A stretch of DNA of 64,000 nucleotides from an uncultured Muribaculaceae bacterium. Lineage in GTDB: Bacteria; Bacteroidota; Bacteroidia; Bacteroidales; UBA932. The stretch covers positions 758 to 64,757 of the forward strand of contig CAYGGD010000001.1 of assembly GCA_964349315.1 (NCBI GenBank). The letters are read 5' to 3'. Each line of letters starts with the position of its first letter. Within the stretch, counting starts at the first letter, position 1. The notes beneath the pieces were generated by a model, which saw only the letters and a list, made by a program, of their open reading frames with translations, was not told where the DNA came from and searched no databases. Below, in pieces: positions 17,964 through 28,384 of the stretch. The position numbers and the translations under genes were made by a program.

Positions 17964-19268
17964 CTAATCTGATTCACGCATATCTATAAACTTAAGGGGC
18001 TTTCTGCTTATCTCCGGTTGAATTGCTTTGGAGAGCAACTCCACCGGCTCAAACCTGATCTCCGGAGCAACCCTTATCCTGGCACGAAAATGTTCTGTAA
18101 TCATCTTCTCAAAAGAGAGCGAAGGATTAACCGCTCCTATCTTAATAAGAATACCATCTGTACCTATTGAGTTTGTATAGATATGTACCTGATAATTAAT
18201 CACCCCCTCAATGTTGTCCAGAATATCATAAAGAGCAGATGGATACAGAGTTGTGCCTTTGTATTTTATCATCTGGCCCTTTCTGCCAACTATTGGACTC
18301 AAACGTGTACTGTAACGCCCGCATCTGCACTGCTCATAAAAGGCCATACAAAGATCTCCGGTTTTAAATCTTACCAGAGGCATCCCTTCGACACCCAGAG
18401 TTGTGATGACAAGTTCTCCTGTCTCACCATCTTTAACTCTGTTTTCATTTTCGTCAAGTATTTCTATAACAACAAGATCGCTCTGATGATGCGCTCCGCA
18501 TAAGTATTCACACTCTGTAAAAGAGCTCTGCATTTCGGTAGAAGCGTAGGTAGAATGAAGTGTGATGTTCGGCCATTTTTGCATAATCTTTTTATTGAGA
18601 GTGTTTTGTGAAAGATCTACCTCCCTTAGTGGCTCTCCTATACAAATCGCTCTCTTTAGTGAAGAGGAGCTGTAATCAATACCGTTTTTCTCCGCAAACT
18701 CAGCCAATTTAATCAAAAAAGAGGGTACTACAATACAAGCAGATGGAGAGTTGCTCTTGATAGAGCTCCACTGAAGCTCCGGAATGCCATTCCCAACTCT
18801 TATTATTCCGGCTCCTAACTCTCTGGCTCCCAAAAAATAGGCAAGACCGGCCATAAATCTTTTATCAATTGTGGTCATTAGCTGAATAACATCTCCCGGC
18901 AAACAACCCGCAGTTGAGAAAGATATCTTTTCGTTGTATGCAAGTCTCTGCAAATCGCTCTCTGTGAGCATAAAATTTACTGGCTCTCCAAGTGTTCCGG
19001 ATGTTGTTACATAATCCATAACCCTCTCCCTTGGCACACATAAGAAATCGTTGTTATAAATCTGAAGATCCGACTTACATGTTGTTGGAATCTTTGTCAA
19101 ATCTTCAACTCCATTTATAGAATTGACATCAACTCCTGACTCCCTAAACAACCTTTTATAGTAGGGAGAGTTTAAAGATACATATTTAAGACTCTCTCTA
19201 AGGGATTCATCCTGAAAGCGTTTAATCTCTTCTATGCTTTTAAACTGAATCAAGGGATCTCTTTTCAT
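17964..19268 (-). CDS. Phenylacetate-CoA ligase (PaaK)-like aryl-acid adenylating enzyme
   Basis: TTSGTLGEP P-loop, YASTE, GELVITTLG..PLVRFKTGD, GTTLYP. Confidence 0.88.
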   Translation of the reverse strand: MKRDPLIQFKSIEEIKRFQDESLRESLKYVSLNSPYYKRLFRESGVDVNSINGVEDLTKIPTTCKSDLQIYNNDFLCVPRERVMDYVTTSGTLGEPVNFMLTESDLQRLAYNEKISFSTAGCLPGDVIQLMTTIDKRFMAGLAYFLGARELGAGIIRVGNGIPELQWSSIKSNSPSACIVVPSFLIKLAEFAEKNGIDYSSSSLKRAICIGEPLREVDLSQNTLNKKIMQKWPNITLHSTYASTEMQSSFTECEYLCGAHHQSDLVVIEILDENENRVKDGETGELVITTLGVEGMPLVRFKTGDLCMAFYEQCRCGRYSTRLSPIVGRKGQMIKYKGTTLYPSALYDILDNIEGVINYQVHIYTNSIGTDGILIKIGAVNPSLSFEKMITEHFRARIRVAPEIRFEPVELLSKAIQPEISRKPLKFIDMRESD

Positions 19269-20956
19269 CTCTTTATAGATTTTAACTTTTTTGCAATTAT
19301 CTCTCTTGTGGCAGGGTAGGGAATTTCTGATTCTAATGCCTGCCCATAATGTTTAGAAGCAAGTGCGGGTTTTCCTATTGCAAGATAGTAGTCGCCCAAT
19401 AACTCGTAAGTATAATAGTAGTGTGGGTTAGTTTTTAAAAAACTCTCTTTAACATCACTGTCAATCACTCTTTTCTCCTTAACGGCATCCCGGATTGATG
19501 TGGCTCTCTCCCTAAACGCTGTTACAAGTGGAACAATTGTAACTATGGCTGAAGAGTCTGCTTCAATAACAAGCTCTTCACTTAAGGCAGATAGAGGAGA
19601 TTTCTCCTGTGTATCTTTAGCCGAGAACAGTCTGCCCAAATCGTATGCCACCATCTTTCCAAGCTGCCAATCAGAAGAGCTCACCCACATAATTAAACTC
19701 TCCGGCTTAAATATCACTGCATGATGGGCAATAAACTGATTGACAGACATCTCATTGGTCAGGCCAATCTCCTTGTTTTCCAATCCTCTGTGATTACGAA
19801 GAGTGGCCGCAGCCTCCGCAGGAGTAACAGGAGTACTCTCTGAAATGAGCTGATTTAGTCTTTTATACCTGTATAATGAGTGACTCCCCTCGATGATTTC
19901 AATAGATTTTCTGTTTTTTGTATCGTTCAAAAACTCATCGGATTGAAAATGGTTGGTGGAAATAATTATATCTCCCTCAACCCTAAAGAGATGTGTGCCG
20001 CCCGGACTCTTCTCTATAATGGCTACCACCCCATCCTTCGCCGAACCAATCATAATAGATTCCGAAACAAATGCATCCATACTTCCGGCAATTTCAAATG
20101 CCTCATCTATTGTAGAAGCATATTGAAGAATCTCTCTTGCTATAATAGAGATAGGTGTTCTAGAAGCTGTCGGAGGCAGGGATTTTGCTGCATTAAGAGT
20201 TACAGTAAGGCCTGTCTCATTCATACCTGAAAGGACTCCAACCATACCAGCCCAGCTTATTGATGCAAAACGGTATCCCTTATCAGGGTATATAAAAGAG
20301 ACAACCTTCTCTTTTGCAAACTCGTCGCCAACATAAAAATCAAAATTTCTACCAATAAGTAGTGATGAGTCAGCTGTTTCTGCACCCCAAACACCAAAAG
20401 AGCTGCACCCAACCAGCATATACTCCTGCATGGCATGGCCAAGATCGTGGGCAGCATGGTAGTTTAGCTGCCTTTCATATGCGCTTCCAATAAAATCAAA
20501 CTCACTGCTGCAGGCAAATGAGGCGGCATAAATCTCCTGCTTATACTCCAGAGGAATGTTTGAAGAGAGATTTCTGTTAAAGATAATTGTAAAGTATTTT
20601 AGAAAGTTGAGATATCTCTCAGATGGTATCATTCGTCTTATCTCGTTAACAAAAGCTTTCTCTTGTCTGTACATCATCTCCCTGCACAACTCCCCCATTG
20701 CAAGACCCCTTTCTGATGGGTTACCCCTGAGATGCAGCTCCCACAGATCTCCAGGGCCCTTTATTAGCACAGACCTCCCAAAAGATTTATACTCATCAGT
20801 CTCCACCAACTCCGGAGTTGCCCCTGACAGAGCGAGTTCCGGAAGTGATCTGTCTGCTGTTTTATACAAAATCACCCCTGTTACAACAATAAGTGTCACA
20901 AATCCGGTAAAAATCAGTAACAGGTATTTTACAACTTTAATTAAAAAAAATTTCAT
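19265..20956 (-). CDS. Peptidase C45 family Ntn-hydrolase/acyltransferase, N-terminally membrane anchored
   Basis: LVG|CSSF Cys nucleophile, GRNFDF, SGMNETGL, TNHF; TPR-like C-terminus. Confidence 0.82.
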   Translation of the reverse strand: MKFFLIKVVKYLLLIFTGFVTLIVVTGVILYKTADRSLPELALSGATPELVETDEYKSFGRSVLIKGPGDLWELHLRGNPSERGLAMGELCREMMYRQEKAFVNEIRRMIPSERYLNFLKYFTIIFNRNLSSNIPLEYKQEIYAASFACSSEFDFIGSAYERQLNYHAAHDLGHAMQEYMLVGCSSFGVWGAETADSSLLIGRNFDFYVGDEFAKEKVVSFIYPDKGYRFASISWAGMVGVLSGMNETGLTVTLNAAKSLPPTASRTPISIIAREILQYASTIDEAFEIAGSMDAFVSESIMIGSAKDGVVAIIEKSPGGTHLFRVEGDIIISTNHFQSDEFLNDTKNRKSIEIIEGSHSLYRYKRLNQLISESTPVTPAEAAATLRNHRGLENKEIGLTNEMSVNQFIAHHAVIFKPESLIMWVSSSDWQLGKMVAYDLGRLFSAKDTQEKSPLSALSEELVIEADSSAIVTIVPLVTAFRERATSIRDAVKEKRVIDSDVKESFLKTNPHYYYTYELLGDYYLAIGKPALASKHYGQALESEIPYPATREIIAKKLKSIKR

Positions 20957-22428
20957 AGCTCTTCTGTAAGTGCATTTGTTCCTATTATTGCAGAACAGGT
21001 TAAAAGTGATGTTACAGTAACACCCATAACACCATGAAAATTGAGACTTTGCCCTGCCAGATAAAGATTTTGCACCTTGGTCCTGGGTGGAATTATTGAA
21101 GACAAAGGGCTGGAGAAATTTTTCATCAATCCATATGCACTCCCTTGGGGAGTTCCGAGATAGTCACGAAAAGTAAGCGGAGAGGCACTGCTGCTGTTTA
21201 GTATTGCTGCCTTAAGACCCGGCAGACGACTATCTGCAAGAGAGATCATCTCGTTACTTACTCTCTCCTTAAACTCTCTGTACTCCTCTCCTCTCATCTC
21301 CACAATCGTATCCGACCACTTCTCTACCTCACTCCACTCCATTTCTCTTACCAAAGTAATCACCTCTGCAAATCCCTGATCATCTACCGGTGGCTGGAAA
21401 GATGCAAGAATGCCATTTTTGAGGGGAGTAGGAGAGTTATTCGGGTTGGATTCGTCTCCAAAAATATAGTGGTTTTCATTCAAATATGGGAAGGTCTCCG
21501 GTTTCATAACCAGATACAGGCAAAAAAGGCCGGGGCTGTTTCTTAAAGAGTTAATCCTGTTACGGTAAACTTTTCTCAAATCGGAATCGGTCCCTAGCAT
21601 AGATATCGACTGGGCAGGATGACAAGTTGATATTACATACTTTCCTTCAACCACCTCTCCATTATCCAGCGTTACTCCCTTAACTGTTTTGTTGTCAATT
21701 ATTATAGATGTACACCTCACCTTTGTCCTAACAACACCTCCTCCCTCACGGATACGACATGTCAAGGCATCGGTAAGTCTGTCTGCCCCTCCACGGAACC
21801 TGTATGCCCCTTCCAGATAGGAGTTTGTGGTTATTGCGTGCAGATAATAAGGGGTCATTGACCTCTCTCCCGAATAGATCAGAGAGTGTCCTGTAAGAAT
21901 CTGTTGTAATCTTCTGTCCGGAATTGTTCTCTCAATCTCTTCAAATGCACTTACAGAGAGCATCTTCATAGCGCTCGCACTGATTCCTCCTCCGTGAATA
22001 GTGCTCTTTAACGAGTTGATACCATTCTCTTTTAGATTATCAGTATAAAGCTCTATCTCATTTTTCATATGTGGAAACTGTGCACTTAGCGATTGCGCAA
22101 AGTTCTCATGTCCCATTGCATATGAGTATTTCTTACCCAAAATATGAATATTTTCGAAACTCTCCTGGTTAAGCCTTACAAGGTCTATATCTTTCCAGAT
22201 ATCCAGATAGCGAAACACCTTATTAAGAAACATACCTTCATCCAAACTACCGACATAATGAATAGATGTGTCTATCTTTTTTCCGTTTCTATAAAAAGGC
22301 TGAAAAAAGCCACCTGTCCGGCCACTCTGCTCCATAACACATACACTCATCCCCTTTTTACAGAGAATAGCCCCACACTGCAGTCCTGCAAGTCCGCCAC
22401 CAATTATTATCACATCATATTTTCTCAT
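20953..22428 (-). CDS. FAD/NAD(P)-dependent oxidoreductase, phytoene desaturase/retinol saturase family
   Basis: IIIGGGLAGL Rossmann motif, DTSIHYVG, SPLTFRDY...GSAYG, NLYLAGQ...HGVMGV. Confidence 0.88.
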   Translation of the reverse strand: MRKYDVIIIGGGLAGLQCGAILCKKGMSVCVMEQSGRTGGFFQPFYRNGKKIDTSIHYVGSLDEGMFLNKVFRYLDIWKDIDLVRLNQESFENIHILGKKYSYAMGHENFAQSLSAQFPHMKNEIELYTDNLKENGINSLKSTIHGGGISASAMKMLSVSAFEEIERTIPDRRLQQILTGHSLIYSGERSMTPYYLHAITTNSYLEGAYRFRGGADRLTDALTCRIREGGGVVRTKVRCTSIIIDNKTVKGVTLDNGEVVEGKYVISTCHPAQSISMLGTDSDLRKVYRNRINSLRNSPGLFCLYLVMKPETFPYLNENHYIFGDESNPNNSPTPLKNGILASFQPPVDDQGFAEVITLVREMEWSEVEKWSDTIVEMRGEEYREFKERVSNEMISLADSRLPGLKAAILNSSSASPLTFRDYLGTPQGSAYGLMKNFSSPLSSIIPPRTKVQNLYLAGQSLNFHGVMGVTVTSLLTCSAIIGTNALTEEL

Positions 22429-22429
22429 C

Positions 22430-25400
22430 TTAAACTCCTGTTTTTGGTCTTAGGATATAAATTGTGTTGGATGTATAAGTATCATTATTCCTAATTTCAA
22501 CCGAACAACCAAATTCTGCTGCAAATGAAAGAATGTCGCTCTTCCCCAAAAAACAGGGAGATTGTGTCGATTTATTAAAATTAAGCAAATTTATTGAAAA
22601 CCACTCAGATAGCTTTGTAATCCTATGTTTTTGAGGCTTTTCACTATCCCCGTCTCTTATAATAATAAAACCGCCCTCTACAGTGCTCTCTATAACCCTT
22701 TTAAGTACTGCTTTTTGGCTCTCCGGTAAAAGATAGTGAAGAGTGTCACAAAGAATAATAACATCACTATCCGGAATAGGAGAGAGAGTAATATCTCCCT
22801 TTATGAATGAGACTCCTTTTGTATAGCAATTTTTTGCCATCTCAATCTTTTCCTGGTCGTAGTCTATCCCCGTTACGACTCTGGCCGGTGATGTCAATTT
22901 TAACATAAAGCAGAGAGGGCCATACCCACAGCCTAAATCTGTCACCCTTGCGTTTAGCGGAATAAGCTTATGAAACATAGAGTATCTACGCTCCATACTT
23001 ATCTTAATTCTCATATACCACTCAAGAACAGGACCCTTAAAAATAAAATTGGCCATTGTGGCAAAGTAAAAGAAGTCATTCTCCGGAGTATCAAACCTCT
23101 CTCTCAATTTTGAGTACTCATCTCTCATTATAGTGTTCACCTGCTTACAAAGAGCACTATACCCACTGAGAGGCCCCCTCTCTTCAAATGTGACTCTCTC
23201 AAGAATCCTGTAACCGATTGTTCCCGGCTTAATATAAAACGGTTGTCTTTTAGAGAGAAGATTGCCGTTCCCATATATTACAACAGGCACAATATCGAGC
23301 GACAACTCCTCGGCAATCTTAAACGCGCCTTTATGAAACCTGTGAATCTTCATATCGGCAGATCTTGTCCCCTCAGGGAATATCAAAACAGAATACCCCT
23401 CGGCTATCTTCTCTTTAATAACTTCCAGATGGTTACTTACCCCATCTTTGTGGTACAGAAACCCGGCATATCTTACAATATGGCCAAAAAACGGAGAATT
23501 CCATACCCAGCTGTTTGTCATCATAACAATCTTAGGATAAAGAGATAGCATCATAAGAATATCAATAAAAGATTGGTGATTTACAACAATAACAGCCGGC
23601 TTGCAGAAATTTTCATTGAAAGGATTTTCTCTAAAGATTCTGACTGTAGGCGATAACCTAACCGGAATAAAGACAACTGCTTTCAATATTTTACGGAAAA
23701 ACAATCTCTTAGACGTTCTCTTAGCTGGCACAAAAGTCAGAATCACAATAAGTACTCCAAGAAGCAAACACCCTAAAGTAAAAACAGAAAAAGTCAACAA
23801 CATTAGCAAAACTCCGGAAAAAGTAACCGGGGTCTGACCCCCATTTGCAGGCGTGGTGATGAGAAAGCGGTATATAATGGGTTGAATTGTGTAAGCTACA
23901 ATCCATACTGTGCACATTCCAAGCACAGAGACCAGCGCAACAGATTGCAGGGCAGGGTGTTGAGCAAAAAGCATTGCTCCCATGCCTATTATTACGGTTA
24001 ATGTAGAGAAAAAGATTGCAAGTTTATGAGACGATAAAGTTTTTGCTCCTCTCTCATATTCCGACGAAAGACCATCCAAAACAAAGATGCTGAAATCATC
24101 TCCTATCCCAAAGATGAACGTGGCAAGAAGAATGTTTACAATGTTAAACGGTATTCCAAAAAGGGACATCAGCCCCAGAATAATAATCCAGCTGACAAAC
24201 ATAGGAAGGAAAGCCAGCAGAGCAAGTTCTACTCTTCCGTAAGATATCAGCAATGTTACAAATACAAGAAGAGAGGATATAAGAAGAATCAGATTGAAAT
24301 CGCTTTTAATCCCATCGGCCCAAAGAGATGAGAAGTGGGCCCTGTCCACAACCACAATGTCGTTGTAAAGCGCAAGCTCTTCGTAAACCTCCTTTTTGTT
24401 CTCATCTTTTATAAAGAGCTGTGAAACAAGCATAACAGTAGCCGAATCACCTTCTATCCACTCCTTTATGGCAGATGGAAGGTGCAGATAGTTCTGTTCA
24501 TTAATATCGGAGCATTGATAATCGCGTGTTATCATGTCGTAAAAACCAACAAACGACTCACTGTTAAGGCCATATTTCTCGGCACTCTTCTCCAGAGATG
24601 AGATAACCTGTTCTCTTTTACCGTTACCCCAGAACTCACGCCATTTATCGAGCCGTTCTCTCTGCAGCATCAGCGGTGGCAACAAACCGGAGAGTGATGC
24701 GCTTCGCTCTACAGTCCCCTTATTTATATAAGAGTTAATGAGAGAGTCGCTGACACGGTAACTCCCGGCTGCCTTATCAAAGCTCTCACCGGTTGAGAGA
24801 AGCAGAACTCTTGATTCATCTCCTCCAAACAGATAGTCAAACCTTTCTGAGGTGTAAATATGCTCTTTGGGTTCAATGCTCAACTTAAGCATATCACTCT
24901 CAAAGCGCACCTTTGGTGACATCACCACCCCGACAATAAAAAGAGCAGCAATGGCAAAGATCAGCCACCTCCTCTTCTCAAACTCCTGAGAGCTGAATCT
25001 CTCCAGCCAAAGATTAACCTGCCCGACAGAACGCACCTCTCTTATTTTAAGCATATGAGGCAGATAGATTAAAGAGAAGAGAGTAGTACCTATAAGGGTA
25101 AGAGCCGAAAAAAGTCCAAAATCTCTTAGAAGAGTAGATTGAGTAAACTGTAACCCGGCAAAGGCACCAATAGTTGTAAAGCTGCCAACAGTAAGGGGAT
25201 AGGCAAGATCTTTAAGCAACTGCTCAATAGAGCTTACATGACGCAGGTGAGACACAATATGTATAGAGTAGCTGAGAGCTATGCCCAGCACAGCAGCACC
25301 CGCTCCGATAGCTATTGCTGAAACCCCGTCTTTTCCTGACATAAAGGCAAGAGCAAAAAGAGCACCGAATACAGCAGGAACAAGAAGAAGAAAAATGCTT

Positions 25401-26269
25401 CGAATGTCACGAAAGGTAAAAGCAAAGAGAGTAGCAATTATTAAAATGGCAATAGAGAGGGTTATATAAGTATCTTTTTTTATAGTTTCGGCATTATAGA
25501 CTCCCACAATCGGCCCCCCCATACTGCTTATCTTTATATCAGGGGCAAGTTCTGCAAACTCATCTTTTAAGTTGCCAAGAATAGAGGCAAGCTCTCTGTT
25601 TCTCCCACTCTCTCCACTTCCCGATTGTGGAGTAATTATGTACAAAAGAGTTGACTTATCCTGAGAAAAGATATAGTCGTCAACCATTCTGAACTGCATT
25701 CCCATTCTGAGAGAGTCATAGACAGAAAGAAAGCGTGTTCCAATATTTAGGGGATCACGGGCAAAGTGAGTAGAAAATGCTCCGCCTGCAGGAGAGAGCA
25801 GCAGAGAGAGAGCCCCCTTTACCATACCGTCGATAGCTTGGGGCGTAACAGCAGAGTCAAGCCGCAAGTAGTCTTCTCTCTCCAAAAAGATTGGCAGATT
25901 ATTGTATATATAGGATATACTCTTATCCAGTTCATCCGAATCCACTGTAAGCCGACTATTTTTGATAAGCGACTCACCTGCCCGTTTCATCAGCTCCTGG
26001 TCAAAAAGATTTGCAACCTCAATCACTCTCTCTGCATCACCATTTAACTCAAAGAGAGTAACAATCCTATCCTTGGCGCTAAGTCCTGAAAAGAGAGCGG
26101 AAACTCTTCCCCCCTCTTCGCTATCCGGAAAGAATCTCGTCGGATCCTCAACAAGCCTTACCCTTACTGCGAAAAACAGAAGCAGAGTTGTAATTAAACA
26201 CAGTGATCCCCATAAAAGAGCCCTTCTGTTATTGAGATATCTGTATATGGTTATAAATAGTTTTGACAT
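22430..26269 (-). CDS. Fusion: MMPL/RND exporter + PlsC-type acyltransferase + class I SAM methyltransferase
   Basis: Two MMPL halves (GLSVDYSIH-like ALSYSIH, GIGDDFSIF), NHQSFID and FPEGTRS (PlsC), VTDLGCGYG and DVIILCDTLHYL (MTase). Confidence 0.88.
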   Translation of the reverse strand: MSKLFITIYRYLNNRRALLWGSLCLITTLLLFFAVRVRLVEDPTRFFPDSEEGGRVSALFSGLSAKDRIVTLFELNGDAERVIEVANLFDQELMKRAGESLIKNSRLTVDSDELDKSISYIYNNLPIFLEREDYLRLDSAVTPQAIDGMVKGALSLLLSPAGGAFSTHFARDPLNIGTRFLSVYDSLRMGMQFRMVDDYIFSQDKSTLLYIITPQSGSGESGRNRELASILGNLKDEFAELAPDIKISSMGGPIVGVYNAETIKKDTYITLSIAILIIATLFAFTFRDIRSIFLLLVPAVFGALFALAFMSGKDGVSAIAIGAGAAVLGIALSYSIHIVSHLRHVSSIEQLLKDLAYPLTVGSFTTIGAFAGLQFTQSTLLRDFGLFSALTLIGTTLFSLIYLPHMLKIREVRSVGQVNLWLERFSSQEFEKRRWLIFAIAALFIVGVVMSPKVRFESDMLKLSIEPKEHIYTSERFDYLFGGDESRVLLLSTGESFDKAAGSYRVSDSLINSYINKGTVERSASLSGLLPPLMLQRERLDKWREFWGNGKREQVISSLEKSAEKYGLNSESFVGFYDMITRDYQCSDINEQNYLHLPSAIKEWIEGDSATVMLVSQLFIKDENKKEVYEELALYNDIVVVDRAHFSSLWADGIKSDFNLILLISSLLVFVTLLISYGRVELALLAFLPMFVSWIIILGLMSLFGIPFNIVNILLATFIFGIGDDFSIFVLDGLSSEYERGAKTLSSHKLAIFFSTLTVIIGMGAMLFAQHPALQSVALVSVLGMCTVWIVAYTIQPIIYRFLITTPANGGQTPVTFSGVLLMLLTFSVFTLGCLLLGVLIVILTFVPAKRTSKRLFFRKILKAVVFIPVRLSPTVRIFRENPFNENFCKPAVIVVNHQSFIDILMMLSLYPKIVMMTNSWVWNSPFFGHIVRYAGFLYHKDGVSNHLEVIKEKIAEGYSVLIFPEGTRSADMKIHRFHKGAFKIAEELSLDIVPVVIYGNGNLLSKRQPFYIKPGTIGYRILERVTFEERGPLSGYSALCKQVNTIMRDEYSKLRERFDTPENDFFYFATMANFIFKGPVLEWYMRIKISMERRYSMFHKLIPLNARVTDLGCGYGPLCFMLKLTSPARVVTGIDYDQEKIEMAKNCYTKGVSFIKGDITLSPIPDSDVIILCDTLHYLLPESQKAVLKRVIESTVEGGFIIIRDGDSEKPQKHRITKLSEWFSINLLNFNKSTQSPCFLGKSDILSFAAEFGCSVEIRNNDTYTSNTIYILRPKTGV

Positions 26270-26274
26270 CACAC

Positions 26275-27813
26275 TTATCTCCCTTTTCTGAACAGTTTAA
26301 GAAGAATAAAAGATATCAGCCACCCTGCAAGCCCTGCAATAGTAGCAAAAACAATACTTCCTGTAATATATTGGATTAGACTTTCAGATACTGAGGAGAG
26401 AGAGAGAGACGAAGGGATAATAGCTATCGGCTCTCCCAGGATAAGAGCCCCAACCGCAAAACTTACATAAAGAATAAACGGAATCATTGGCGGAATACTA
26501 ATATTTGACGAAACAAGAACAATAACTTTATTCAACTTAAGAAGATGTGCCACAGCAACGGATGTAATCATCTGGTACCCCCACAAAGGAGATATGCCAA
26601 AGAACAGACCCAACCCTACAGATTTAGCTATCTTACCATTACTTTCTACCGATTCAGTAATATATCTTTTTATAAAAATTTTCAGATTATCGCGGCTAAA
26701 CCAGCGGAAAAATGTGATTGGCCACCACCATAATAGTGCAATAAAAACCAGAAAAGTGTTGAGCAGAGATATTCTTGTAAAATCAAGAATAGGTTTGAAG
26801 TGAGAGTTTCTCTCCTCTTTTGGAGGATAATAAACCCTAACAGGTATGTTTTTAACCTTTATACCCCTCCATGCAGCCCTTACAAGAACCTCTAATTCAA
26901 ATTCATATCTGCCGGTTATCCCGTTTTTTTTGCCCATTTTTTTTAGTGGGTATATCCGGAAACCGCTCTGAGTATCCTCTAAAGAGATGCCAGTCTCTAT
27001 CCGGAACCAGAAATTAGAGAACTTATTGGCAAAAGTGTTCTTTCCAGGCATATTTTTACACCCCAACTCTCTTGATCCAACCCATAGAGTATCCGGTTCT
27101 CTTATCGCAGCATCAATAAGAATATCTATCTCCGATGCAAAATGTTGCCCGTCTGAATCAATAGTAACTACATAATCGAACCCCGACTTTGCAGCAAATG
27201 AAAAGCCGGTTTTAAGTGCAGCCCCTTTCCCCATGTTTTTTTTATGAGTTAAGATTGTCAGTCCTTTATGCCCGTCAAGGGCTGTCCGGGAGAGAATCTC
27301 TGCCGTAGAATCGGTCGAACCGTCGTTAACAACCACAATATTTTCACAAATCTCACTCACACCTTTTATAACCTCCTCAAGAGTGGCTGCATTGTTATAT
27401 GTAGGAATTAAAACTATATAATTTAGCTTTTTACACTTTCTGTCAATAGAGATTGTCCCTTTTAGTTTTAGAATAGACCTGCCCTCACAAAGAATCTCAG
27501 CCACTACATCAGCCTCACCCTCCGGGTTGCTTGGTTTCAAGCAAATTACAGCATTTAACAAACTCTCTTGCACAGGATTAACCATACCTGTAAACTTACA
27601 CTGCATAATTTTACACAAATGCACCTCACTGCCAACCATAAGTGAGAGAGACTCTCTTATGATCTCAATTGAGCAGACACCGGGAAGCACCGGCTGACCC
27701 GGAAAATGGCCATGAAAAATTTCACTCTCGCTATTAATGGCAATCTCGAAGAGAGAGTTTCCTTTGGAGTCTTTTCCCTTAAATTCAATAGTATAGAGGT
27801 TCATCTTACTCAT
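26275..27813 (-). CDS. Fusion: ApeI/FabZ-type dehydratase + GT2 glycosyltransferase + DUF2062 membrane domain
   Basis: IFHGHFPGQPVLPGV (dehydratase); LIPTYNNA, NDGSTD, TIDSDGQH, DTQSGFRIY (GT2); GLFFGISPLWGYQ and SNISIPPMIP (DUF2062). Confidence 0.85.
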   Translation of the reverse strand: MSKMNLYTIEFKGKDSKGNSLFEIAINSESEIFHGHFPGQPVLPGVCSIEIIRESLSLMVGSEVHLCKIMQCKFTGMVNPVQESLLNAVICLKPSNPEGEADVVAEILCEGRSILKLKGTISIDRKCKKLNYIVLIPTYNNAATLEEVIKGVSEICENIVVVNDGSTDSTAEILSRTALDGHKGLTILTHKKNMGKGAALKTGFSFAAKSGFDYVVTIDSDGQHFASEIDILIDAAIREPDTLWVGSRELGCKNMPGKNTFANKFSNFWFRIETGISLEDTQSGFRIYPLKKMGKKNGITGRYEFELEVLVRAAWRGIKVKNIPVRVYYPPKEERNSHFKPILDFTRISLLNTFLVFIALLWWWPITFFRWFSRDNLKIFIKRYITESVESNGKIAKSVGLGLFFGISPLWGYQMITSVAVAHLLKLNKVIVLVSSNISIPPMIPFILYVSFAVGALILGEPIAIIPSSLSLSSVSESLIQYITGSIVFATIAGLAGWLISFILLKLFRKGR

Positions 27814-28384
27814 TGGAGAGGTAGTTTGTTTTTTCCAGTTTTATAGAGAGTTTAAGTCCGGGATGGTCCATAAATATCTGGTTAGGATAGCCATCTGAAA
27901 AGTCACTGAATTTCATAATTGTTGCAGTGATTCCTCTGCCCCTTTTAAGAGCATTAATCCTTGATTCAGATCCAAACAAAAACTTAACACCCCTACCGGC
28001 ATATGGATTAAAGAGAGTTTCAAAATCTCTTTTTAGCAGATTTAATATCCGCTTACGGTTAAGCTGCTCAATAGAGTAGTTAAGTTTAAGAGCACTTTCT
28101 GTTAACTCGAAATCCATCAGTGTCATTCCAAAGTGAGTTGTCATTATTATCCTCCTGTGATTTGACTCCGAAACCACAATAATCAACATCCCTGAAACAT
28201 CTTTCCCTTTGTGCGACAGAACAAAATCGAAAGTACTTACAGATGGCAGAGTGTCATACAACATAATCTTTTCACCTTTAGCAAAAGGAGATTCTGAATA
28301 TCTGACACCACCCTTAAGCCCGGGATAGCAACTGCTCAGAAAAAGAGTAAATGTTATTACACTAATTAACCCGGAAAACCTCAT
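27806..28384 (-). CDS. Lipoprotein, possibly LolB-like/DUF3261-like
   Basis: Lipobox LSSC at residue 19; beta-rich SGMLII..RIIMTTHFGMTLMDFEL; directly downstream of a LolA gene. Confidence 0.55.
   Translation of the reverse strand: MRFSGLISVITFTLFLSSCYPGLKGGVRYSESPFAKGEKIMLYDTLPSVSTFDFVLSHKGKDVSGMLIIVVSESNHRRIIMTTHFGMTLMDFELTESALKLNYSIEQLNRKRILNLLKRDFETLFNPYAGRGVKFLFGSESRINALKRGRGITATIMKFSDFSDGYPNQIFMDHPGLKLSIKLEKTNYLSNE

Noticed and set aside
20943-20950. A8 tract just after the C45 start codon as a slippage site
   Set aside because: Runs of 7-9 A/T are frequent here, and it encodes an ordinary hydrophobic anchor (MKFFL).
26396-26409. (GA)7 repeat in the DUF2062 domain as a phase-variation switch
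   Set aside because: Short, close to the 3' end of the gene, and GA/TC runs are common throughout this window; no evidence of length variation.
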